A DNA stretch of 64,000 bases from an uncultured Clostridia bacterium. GTDB taxonomy: Bacteria; Bacillota; Clostridia; TANB77; CAG-508. Below the pieces are notes generated by a model, which ran no database searches, had not been told where the DNA came from, and was given only the letters and a program-made list of their open reading frames with translations. Shown piece by piece: positions 31,373 through 39,222 of the stretch (within the stretch, counting starts at the first letter, position 1; every line of letters starts with the position of its first letter). Made by a program: the position numbers and the translations under genes. Location of the stretch: the NCBI GenBank assembly GCA_963556905.1, contig CAUWAY010000004.1, positions 1,150-65,149 of the forward strand, read 5' to 3'.

Positions 31373-32303
31373 AAACTTTAAGTTTTTTTATTATTTTAAT
31401 TTCCTCATATAATTTTTCAAGACTATTTTTTCTTAATGTATAGGCTTCTGAAAATTCATGATAAAGGTTTGTTATATTTTCTTTTAATTCATTAGGTTTT
31501 AAATAAAATTTTATATATTGTTCATAATACTTAACATCAGATTTTTTCTTCGAAGAATTTCTTTTTTCTATAAGTTCCTCGATTTTTTCGAATCTTTCAA
31601 TTTCCTTTTTCAAGAAATCAACATAATCTATAGTATAAGCAATTTCATATTCGATATCATTTATAACAACTTTGATAAGTTTTTTTACAATTAATTTGTT
31701 ATTTTTACCAGAATTGGTAAAACCTGTTCCCTTTGGAGCATTTGGAGAGGGCTTAGTATTATCTATAATAATTTTCAAAGCTTCTGAAATTCCAATATGA
31801 GACTTATATTGTCTTTTATTAACAAGTGCATCAAATTCATCAGCAACTCTTATAATTTGGGCTTCAAAAGGAATCTTATTTTTAATCAATCCTTGAGGAT
31901 ATCCTGTTCCATCAAGTGCTTCATGATGATAATAAGCACCAGCATAATATGGCATAAGTTTTTTATCTTTAAGACATAATTGATATCCTAAAGTAGTATG
32001 TGTTTTCATAATTTCATATTCTTCACTTGTTAACTTTGAAGGCTTTTGAAGAATTTTTGATGGAATGAACATTTTACCAATATCATGTAAATATGCACAA
32101 GTAGTACAATATTCAGTAAAACCTTTAGAACAATGTAGTTTTTTACACAAGTTGCAAGTGATTGTAGCAACATTTTCAGAATGTTTTCTGGTAAAAACAT
32201 CTAAAGAATCTAACAAATTCAACTGATATTGTATGGACTTATTCAAATTATAAGATTTTAAATAAGTTTGATCATAAAAATCAAAATTTCCTATATTATT
32301 CAT
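31371..32303 (-). CDS. HD-GYP domain phosphodiesterase (putative c-di-GMP hydrolase) with helical C-terminal extension
   Basis: YLHDIGK (HD) and HHEALDGTGYPQGL (GYP). Likely start is MNNIGNF at 32303, after AAAGGAG (ORF track extends to 32390). Confidence 0.8.
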   Translation of the reverse strand: MNNIGNFDFYDQTYLKSYNLNKSIQYQLNLLDSLDVFTRKHSENVATITCNLCKKLHCSKGFTEYCTTCAYLHDIGKMFIPSKILQKPSKLTSEEYEIMKTHTTLGYQLCLKDKKLMPYYAGAYYHHEALDGTGYPQGLIKNKIPFEAQIIRVADEFDALVNKRQYKSHIGISEALKIIIDNTKPSPNAPKGTGFTNSGKNNKLIVKKLIKVVINDIEYEIAYTIDYVDFLKKEIERFEKIEELIEKRNSSKKKSDVKYYEQYIKFYLKPNELKENITNLYHEFSEAYTLRKNSLEKLYEEIKIIKKLKV

Positions 32304-32501
32304 TTTCTTTTGTCTCCTTTTGTCATTTAAAAATATATTAAATTTCAATAATGTCATTTTCATAATAACATTAATTTTTAAAAAGTGCAAGAAATTTTTA
32401 TTAGTGAAAATAAAAAGTTATAATAAAATTTAAAGAAAAACAAAAAAATAAGAAAAAATATAAGTCTGTAATTCATGAAAAAAGCAGGAATAATGAAGAA
32501 A

Positions 32502-32518
32502 TGTCGAATTAAGTCGAA
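32502..32518 (+). promoter_or_regulatory. Tandem Spo0A-box-like heptamers
   Basis: TGTCGAA (32502-32508, exact 0A-box consensus TGNCGAA) and AGTCGAA (32512-32518), 10-bp period. They end 9 nt upstream of the -35. Confidence 0.45.
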
Positions 32519-32527
32519 CGATTTTTC

Positions 32528-32556
32528 TTGACAATAATATTAAATGATGTTAACAT
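32528..32556 (+). promoter_or_regulatory. Sigma-A type promoter of the sortase operon
   Basis: TTGACA (32528-32533), 17-nt spacer with TG at 32548-32549, TAACAT (32551-32556). Confidence 0.55.
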
Positions 32557-32642
32557 AGTTATAGAATTTAATTCAAACAAATTCAATCAAAAATTATTTC
32601 GAAATAAATCAAAAACTCAACAAAGAAGGTGATAGTAAATTA

Positions 32643-33230
32643 ATGTTTAAATTTACTAAAACTGGTATAAACCGTACAATTGTTATTATATCAATAATTC
32701 TATTTTGTTGTATTCAAATATTTATATATAAAATAACAAAGCCGATAACAAGTAAAACAAAAGAAGAAGTAGAATATATGATAAAAATTGATGAAAAAAT
32801 TATACCAGAACAAAAAAATAGTATAGCCCCAAATATAGAAATATGGCAAATAGAAATACCAGCAATATCATTAATAGCCAATATAGCAGAAGGAACAGAA
32901 AAAGAAACACTAAATAAATACATAGGGCATTTTGAAGAAACTCCAATAGAAGAAGGGAACATATGTCTTGCAGCGCATAATAGAGGATATGAAGTAAATT
33001 ATTTTCAAAATCTAAAAAAATTAAAAGAAGGAGAAGAAATAATATATAGACATGGAAAATTCGAAAAGACATATGAAGTAACAAAAAATAAAATAATAAA
33101 AGACACAGACTGGGAAGAACTAGAAAACACAGATAAAAACACAATAACACTAATAACATGTGTAGAAAATGAGCCAAATTATAGAAGATGTGTTAAAGCT
33201 ATAGAAAAAGACCCAAACTATAATTATTAA
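32643..33230 (+). CDS. Sortase-family transpeptidase
   Basis: N-terminal TM segment, LAAHNRGY (His), TLITC (Cys), YRRCVKA (Arg). Confidence 0.85.
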   Translation: MFKFTKTGINRTIVIISIILFCCIQIFIYKITKPITSKTKEEVEYMIKIDEKIIPEQKNSIAPNIEIWQIEIPAISLIANIAEGTEKETLNKYIGHFEETPIEEGNICLAAHNRGYEVNYFQNLKKLKEGEEIIYRHGKFEKTYEVTKNKIIKDTDWEELENTDKNTITLITCVENEPNYRRCVKAIEKDPNYNY

Positions 33231-33302
33231 GTTAATAATTCCCAAAAGGATTATTATAAATTTCATATTTTTCTAAAAAAACAAAAACAAGGAGGAATTT
33301 TA

Positions 33303-33899
33303 TTGAAGAAAAAAAGTAAAAAAACAAAAACATTAGTAATTGCACTAATAACAATATTAGCTTTAGGATTAGGAGGTGTAACATATGCAAAATATGCATC
33401 AAAAATAGATGTATCAGCTCAATTAGATATAGCAAAATGGGTATTTAAAGTAAATGGAAGTACAGAGCAAAAGCAAACAATAAATTTAACAGAAACATTA
33501 AAACCAGATCCATCATTACTATCAACTGGAAAAATAGCACCAGGAACTCATGGAGAATTTAAAATAAAAATTGATGCAACAGGAACAGATGTAGGAATGA
33601 ACTATGAAGTAAAAATAAAAAGTCTATCTGAAAAACCAAAAAATTTAGTATTTTCATGTGATGGAGTACAACTTGAAAATTTTACTGACACCACTACAAT
33701 AGGAGGAGGTCAAATATTTACAACTCAAGAAGACAAAACAAAAACATTTACAATTGGCTGGAAATGGGATTATGAAAGCAAGAATAATGGAAGAACGATA
33801 GAAGAAAATGACATAGTAGATACACAAGATTCACAAAACATAACAGACTATAGATTTGAAATAATATCAACAGGTGTACAAACACCTATAAACTATTAA
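33303..33899 (+). CDS. Secreted or signal-anchored protein P1, TasA/camelysin-like (tentative)
   Basis: TTG start 7 nt after AAGGAGG. Signal sequence MKKKSKKTKTLVIALITILALGLGG, then VTYAKYASKIDVSAQLDIAKWVFKV, KIAPGTHGEFKIKI, KPKNLVF, IGWKWDYES. No LPXTG. Confidence 0.7.
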   Translation: MKKKSKKTKTLVIALITILALGLGGVTYAKYASKIDVSAQLDIAKWVFKVNGSTEQKQTINLTETLKPDPSLLSTGKIAPGTHGEFKIKIDATGTDVGMNYEVKIKSLSEKPKNLVFSCDGVQLENFTDTTTIGGGQIFTTQEDKTKTFTIGWKWDYESKNNGRTIEENDIVDTQDSQNITDYRFEIISTGVQTPINY

Positions 33900-34024
33900 A
33901 AAAGTAATAACAGAAAAATATGAAAAAAAGAAAAAAGTAAAGGAGGAATTATAATATAAAATTAAAAATTAATAGGAAAATACCTATATTAGCTATTTTT
34001 ACTATAATTATAATAATTCTATCT

Positions 34025-34441
34025 ATGCAAACAACATTTGCCAAATATATATCAAAAATTAAAACTATAGGAACAATAGAAATAGCAAAGCCAATATTTA
34101 TAGTTGAAGGAACCGAAAAAACAAAAATAAATGAAATAAATAATATAGGCTTTTATGAATTCAAAGTAAAAAATTATGACGATACACAAATAAGTGAAAC
34201 AGACTTTTTATACACTATTGAAATCATGTCAGATATATGTGAAAATGTAAAATTTGAATTATATAATGAAGATAAGCCAATACCATTAAAAAATCAAAAA
34301 ACAGATACTTTATATATTTCAGGAAATGTAAAAACAGAACAAAACTATAAATTAAAGGTAACATATGATAAAAAATTAGGAAACAATGGAAAAAACATAC
34401 TAGAAGAAGTACAAGTTAAAGTTCATGCAGAACAAGGATAG
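34025..34441 (+). CDS. P2, paralogue of the P1 N-terminal module; N-terminus probably extends upstream to about 33956 through a non-ATG start
   Basis: MQTTFAKYISKIKTIGTIEIAKPIFIVEG aligns with P1. The frame is open back to 33941 and encodes a signal anchor (KLKINRKIPILAIFTIIIIILS) behind AAAGGAGG, but contains no ATG, GTG or TTG. Confidence 0.65.
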   Translation: MQTTFAKYISKIKTIGTIEIAKPIFIVEGTEKTKINEINNIGFYEFKVKNYDDTQISETDFLYTIEIMSDICENVKFELYNEDKPIPLKNQKTDTLYISGNVKTEQNYKLKVTYDKKLGNNGKNILEEVQVKVHAEQG

Positions 34442-34448
34442 TGAGTAA

Positions 34449-35003
34449 ATGAAAAAGAAAATAATTTTTGTAATAATAATAATTTTGATTCTAATATTTA
34501 TAATTCTAAATTTTTATAATTCAAAAACAAATATAATAGAAGATATAGAAATATTCGGAATGTGGGAAGATATCATAAAAAAAGACAAAATTGAAAATAA
34601 AAAAAGAAATGAATATAACATAGATGAAAGCAAAGAAATAAATATAGACATAATGAGTACAATTCAAAATGGAATAAATCCATATAATAAAAATAAAATA
34701 TACAAAAAAATAGCACCAGGTTGTAAAGGAAACTTTATTTTAAAATCAAATAAACCATTAAGTTTTGATAATAAACTAATAATAGAAGAAATGTATCAAA
34801 AGCCACAAAATTTAAAATTTATTATAGATAATACTTCATTTAGCACTATACAAGAATTGCAACCTAAAATAACTAAAATTCTTAGAAAAACAAATAGAGT
34901 AGTAATAGAATGGGAATGGAAGTATGAGTCAGGTAAAGACGAACAAGACACTCAAGAAGGAGAAAACTTAAAAGAATATAAAATTATAATAAAAGTATTA
35001 TAA
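34449..35003 (+). CDS. P3, signal-anchored paralogue of the P1 body
   Basis: MKKKIIFVIIIILILIFIIL TM segment. KIAPGCKGNFILKS, KPQNLKF and IEWEWKYES match P1. Confidence 0.7.
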   Translation: MKKKIIFVIIIILILIFIILNFYNSKTNIIEDIEIFGMWEDIIKKDKIENKKRNEYNIDESKEINIDIMSTIQNGINPYNKNKIYKKIAPGCKGNFILKSNKPLSFDNKLIIEEMYQKPQNLKFIIDNTSFSTIQELQPKITKILRKTNRVVIEWEWKYESGKDEQDTQEGENLKEYKIIIKVL

Positions 35004-35050
35004 AATATATGAAAGGAGAAAAGCTAGAATAAAAAGCTAATATGTGAAAA

Positions 35051-35200
35051 ATGAAATTAAAAAATGCAGTTTTAATAATTATAATTTGTACATTAATAAT
35101 AATTTTTACGCCAAAGTCATATGCCAAATATGTTTTTGACTATACGCAAAAGGCTATAGAAATAGAAATAACTTCTGAAAATTTAGTAAAAAATGAATAA
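35051..35200 (+). CDS. P4, 49-codon mini-paralogue (signal anchor plus shared N-terminal strand only)
   Basis: Not in the ORF track. My translation is MKLKNAVLIIIICTLIIIFTPKSYAKYVFDYTQKAIEIEITSENLVKNE, and it shares the [YF]AKY...IEI motif with P1 and P2. No obvious SD. Confidence 0.45.
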   Translation: MKLKNAVLIIIICTLIIIFTPKSYAKYVFDYTQKAIEIEITSENLVKNE

Positions 35201-35382
35201 AATTATAATTTATAATATTAACAAAACATAAGAAAAAAAGAAAAAAGTTTTAATTTGAAAATTATATATAAATAGATAGTTAATATTACAAACAAAATAA
35301 TTATAATATTTAATATAAAAACTGTATAAATTCCATTATAGTGGAAAAAATTAGAATATAAACTTTCTAAAGGAGTGATATA

Positions 35383-35724
35383 ATGGAATCAAGCGATATG
35401 AAAAATATGGTAGTTCTAAAAAATCTTCCATCTAATATGGTAGAAGAAGCGATAATAATTTTTAAAGAAACGCAAAAAATTAAAGAGAAAGAATTGGTAG
35501 ATAAAAATTTAAAAATCAATATTAGTCAAGAAAAAACAAAATCAAAAGAATATATTTTAAAAGAAGCAGAAATGCTTGTAACAGATTATATCAATAAAAT
35601 AGAAAAACGAAAAAATTCCAATAAAAATAAAGAAAGTACAAGCAAAAAATATAAATATTTAAAACAATATAGTATTGTTTCTACTATACTTTTAATTGTC
35701 AGTTTAATAATTAATTTCATATAA
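35383..35724 (+). CDS. Hypothetical tail-anchored membrane protein (113 aa)
   Basis: AAAGGAG 8 nt before the ATG. Lys-rich soluble part and a C-terminal TM segment (IVSTILLIVSLIINFI). Confidence 0.55.
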   Translation: MESSDMKNMVVLKNLPSNMVEEAIIIFKETQKIKEKELVDKNLKINISQEKTKSKEYILKEAEMLVTDYINKIEKRKNSNKNKESTSKKYKYLKQYSIVSTILLIVSLIINFI

Positions 35725-35730
35725 TAGTAT

Positions 35731-35790
35731 AAAACACTTTGCAAATGCATAAATATTAAAAAAAGCATTAGACAAAGTGTTTTATTCATT
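35731..35790 (+). terminator. Possible terminator (long compound hairpin)
   Basis: AAAACACTTTG...CAAAGTGTTTT with an inner AATGC/GCATT hairpin, followed by ATTCATTT. Confidence 0.4.
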
Positions 35791-35839
35791 TAAAGAACAT
35801 ATTTATATCTTTATAAAATGTTTTTAGTAGGAGGAACAT

Positions 35840-36820
35840 ATGGAAAAAGTAATGTCAGTTGAAGATAGAATTAAAAGAGCAGAGGAAAGATATTATAAAA
35901 CAAGATTAGATGAAAACATTGCAAAAAATGAAGGAATAAATGAATTAAGAAGAAAGATATCAAAAGATAAACCAAAAAAAGAAATAAAACTTTTTCAAAA
36001 AATAGTAAAACAAATAATATTATGTTTGTTAATATATGGAGGATTTTATTTAATAGTAAACAATAATTACATATTTTCAAAAGATTTTACAGATAAAGCA
36101 AAAGAAATATTAGAACAAGATATAAACTTTGTTAAAGTTTATAAAGTTATAAAAAGTAAACTAGATGAATTTTATCAGAAAGTAAATAATGAAGAAAACT
36201 TGCAAAACAATGATGTAAACATAGGCGGAGCTATTGAAGATGAACCTATACAAGATATAGATACTTTAAGTATGGAAACTAATATTGAAGATATCATAAA
36301 TATTACAGATATTGCTGAACAAACAGTAGAAAATTTAGAAGCACCTCAAGAAAATAATGAAGAAAAGCTAGAGATTAACCAAGATATAAACAATTTAAGT
36401 CAAATGGAACAAGATGCAAACTTTGTTAAAAGTACGGTGAATTTCGTAAAACCTATAAATGGTGAAATAACTTCAAAGTTTGGACCTAGAAATCCCACAA
36501 CATTAACAGTTCCGAAAAATCATAAAGGTACAGATATAGCATCTACAATTGGAACTAAAATTATATCTGCAACAGATGGAACTGTAGTACTTGCATCTTC
36601 ACAAGGAGACTATGGAAATCATTTAAAAATACAAATAGGAGACATATTAATTGTATATGCACATTGCAATAAGTTGTATGTAAATCAGGGAGATAACATA
36701 AAACAAGGTCAAGAAATTGCAGAAGTTGGAGATACAGGAAATGTTACAGGTCCACATTTGCATTTTGAAATAAGATATCAAGGCAGATATATAGATCCGG
36801 AAATGATTTTAGAATTATAA
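35840..36820 (+). CDS. M23/LytM-domain membrane protein, SpoIVFA-like
   Basis: Cytoplasmic N-terminus, one TM segment, C-terminal M23 domain with HKGTDIA and GDTGNVTGPHLHFEIR. Immediately upstream of an M50 protease, as in spoIVFA-spoIVFB. Confidence 0.7.
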   Translation: MEKVMSVEDRIKRAEERYYKTRLDENIAKNEGINELRRKISKDKPKKEIKLFQKIVKQIILCLLIYGGFYLIVNNNYIFSKDFTDKAKEILEQDINFVKVYKVIKSKLDEFYQKVNNEENLQNNDVNIGGAIEDEPIQDIDTLSMETNIEDIINITDIAEQTVENLEAPQENNEEKLEINQDINNLSQMEQDANFVKSTVNFVKPINGEITSKFGPRNPTTLTVPKNHKGTDIASTIGTKIISATDGTVVLASSQGDYGNHLKIQIGDILIVYAHCNKLYVNQGDNIKQGQEIAEVGDTGNVTGPHLHFEIRYQGRYIDPEMILEL

Positions 36821-36853
36821 CAAAAGAAAATACTTTAAAAAAGGAGAAAAGCT

Positions 36854-37513
36854 TTGAAAATTAGAATAGATTTAAAAATTTTTGTTTTTTTGTTTTTATT
36901 TTATCTAACAAATCAAATAAAAATTTATTTAGTAATAATGATATTTTGCGCAATTCATGAATTTGGACATATTGCAATAGGACTGTTATTAAAAATGAAA
37001 ATAGAAAAATTAGAAATTTTACCATGTGGATTATCAATTTCATTTAAGGTAAATCCTAAAGATTTAAACTATAAAATAAAAAAAGGAACATTATTAGAAC
37101 TGAAAAAAGCAATAGTTGCATTATCAGGACCTATTGTAAGTATAATTTTGACAATAATATATATTTATATTGATCCTACTTTTATAACAAAAGAAGAAGC
37201 AATATATTCAAATATTTTGATTTTAATTTTTAATATGTTACCAATATATCCTTTAGATGGTGGAAGAATTTTAAAGGGAATATTATACATAGAAATTGGA
37301 AATATAAAATCAAAAAAAATAGTAAACTATATTTCTAATTTTACAATGATTATATTTACAATTTCAAGTAGTATTGCTGTGTACTATTTTAAAAATATAG
37401 CAATTTTTTTAATATGTATATTTTTATGGGTTATAACACTACAAGAAAATAAAAAATTTAAAAATGACATGAAAATTTATGATTTAATAGACTTAGAAAA
37501 TAAAAAATCATAA
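36854..37513 (+). CDS. spoIVFB: M50 site-2 metalloprotease, SpoIVFB-like (short, no CBS domain)
   Basis: TTG start after AAGGAG. HEFGH zinc motif in a TM helix and NMLPIYPLDGGRIL (NPDG-type motif). Confidence 0.7.
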   Translation: MKIRIDLKIFVFLFLFYLTNQIKIYLVIMIFCAIHEFGHIAIGLLLKMKIEKLEILPCGLSISFKVNPKDLNYKIKKGTLLELKKAIVALSGPIVSIILTIIYIYIDPTFITKEEAIYSNILILIFNMLPIYPLDGGRILKGILYIEIGNIKSKKIVNYISNFTMIIFTISSSIAVYYFKNIAIFLICIFLWVITLQENKKFKNDMKIYDLIDLENKKS

Positions 37514-37589
37514 AATACTGACAAAATAGTAATAGAGTGTTATAATAAAAAGCAAAATTAAAAATAATATATTGAATAAAGAGGTAAAA

Positions 37590-38468
37590 ATGTTAGAAAA
37601 ATGTACAATATGTCCACATAAATGTGGAATAGATAGAACAAAAAATATTGGAAGATGCAAGTCAACAGATAAAATAAAAATAGCATTATATTCAATACAC
37701 AACTTTGAAGAACCATGTATAAGCGGAACCAATGGTTCTGGAACGATATTTTTTTCAAATTGTAATATGAACTGTATTTATTGCCAAAATTATGAAATAA
37801 GCCAATTAGGAAAAGGAAAAGAAATAACAATAAGAGAACTTGCAAATATTATGTTAGAACAACAAAAAAGGAAGGTAGAAAATATTAATTTAGTAACACC
37901 AACAAGTTATGCAATTCAAATAATAGAAGCAATTAAAATTGCCAAATCAGAAGGATTAAACATTCCAATAGTATATAATACAAATGGATATGAAAATGTA
38001 GAAACATTAAAATTATTAGAAGGATATATAGACATATATTTACCAGATTTAAAATATTTTTACAATGAATTAGGAAAGAAATATTCAAAAGTAGATAATT
38101 ATTTCGAAATTGCAACAAAAGCAATAAAAGAAATGTTTAGACAAGTTGGCAAATTTGAGATAAACGAAAAAGGAATAATGAAAAAGGGGCTAATGATAAG
38201 ACACTTAATTTTACCAAATCAGATAGAAAACAGTAAGAAAATTTTAGAATGGATAAAAGGAAATTTAAGAGACGATGTATATATAAGTATTATGGCTCAA
38301 TATTTTCCAACATATAAAGCAAAAGAAATAAAAGAACTAAATAGAAAATTAACAAATGAAGAATATGAACAAATAGAAAACTATTTATACTCACTAGATA
38401 TACAAAATGGATATATTCAAGAACTCGGAGAACATGAAGAAGAATATGTGCCTAAATGGAATTTTTAA
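37590..38468 (+). CDS. Radical SAM protein, PflX-like (pyruvate formate-lyase activase-related)
   Basis: CTICPHKCGIDR N-terminal Cys cluster and CNMNCIYCQN (CX3CX2C), GSGTIFFS. ATG 37590 follows AAGAGGT. Confidence 0.75.
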   Translation: MLEKCTICPHKCGIDRTKNIGRCKSTDKIKIALYSIHNFEEPCISGTNGSGTIFFSNCNMNCIYCQNYEISQLGKGKEITIRELANIMLEQQKRKVENINLVTPTSYAIQIIEAIKIAKSEGLNIPIVYNTNGYENVETLKLLEGYIDIYLPDLKYFYNELGKKYSKVDNYFEIATKAIKEMFRQVGKFEINEKGIMKKGLMIRHLILPNQIENSKKILEWIKGNLRDDVYISIMAQYFPTYKAKEIKELNRKLTNEEYEQIENYLYSLDIQNGYIQELGEHEEEYVPKWNF

Positions 38469-38530
38469 ATAAAAATATTGATAAAAAATTACTTTTTGAT
38501 ATAATATATAAAAAAATAAAGGAGGAAAAT

Positions 38531-39202
38531 ATGAGATTAGTTGAACCATGGATTAAAGCTGAAAAATTTGACGGAGTAAGAATAATGAAAAAAATTGAAA
38601 AAGCATGTAGGACATGTTATAGGTCTGAAGGAAGTATAACAGAAGATAGCTATAAAAATTTATTAAAAAATTGTATAACAAGAGGACATGAATCAGTATT
38701 AGAACATGAAAAAATAACAGTAAGAATTTGTTGTGATATAGGCTTTTATAAAGACATAACAAGACATAGATTTGGAAGTTTCTCAATAGAATCAACAAGA
38801 TATTGTAGTTACAATAAAGACAAATATGGAAATGAAATAGCATTTATAAATCCATCTGCATATATAAAAGATAAAGAAATATTTGAAACATGGAAAAAAT
38901 GTATGGAAGAAATAGAACAAAAATATATGAAGATGAAAGAATTGGGAGCTACCACAGATATGTGTAGATTAGTATTACCACATTCAACAGCAGCAGAAGT
39001 AACGATGACAGCCAATATAAGAGAATGGAAACATATTTTAGGACTAAGATGCTCAAATAAAGCACATCCTTCAATAAGACAAGTACTTATACCACTATTA
39101 AAATTATTTCAAAAGGAAATGCCAGAAATATTTGATAGTGTACAATATGATACAGAGTTTTCTGAAAGTGATTATGCACAACTATCAATTGAAGAAATAT
39201 AA
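38531..39202 (+). CDS. thyX: Flavin-dependent thymidylate synthase ThyX
   Basis: RHRFGSFSIESTRY matches the ThyX RHRxxSxxxxSxR motif. ATG 38531 follows AAAGGAGG. Confidence 0.8.
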   Translation: MRLVEPWIKAEKFDGVRIMKKIEKACRTCYRSEGSITEDSYKNLLKNCITRGHESVLEHEKITVRICCDIGFYKDITRHRFGSFSIESTRYCSYNKDKYGNEIAFINPSAYIKDKEIFETWKKCMEEIEQKYMKMKELGATTDMCRLVLPHSTAAEVTMTANIREWKHILGLRCSNKAHPSIRQVLIPLLKLFQKEMPEIFDSVQYDTEFSESDYAQLSIEEI

Positions 39203-39222
39203 AAGATAAGAGGAAATAAAAG

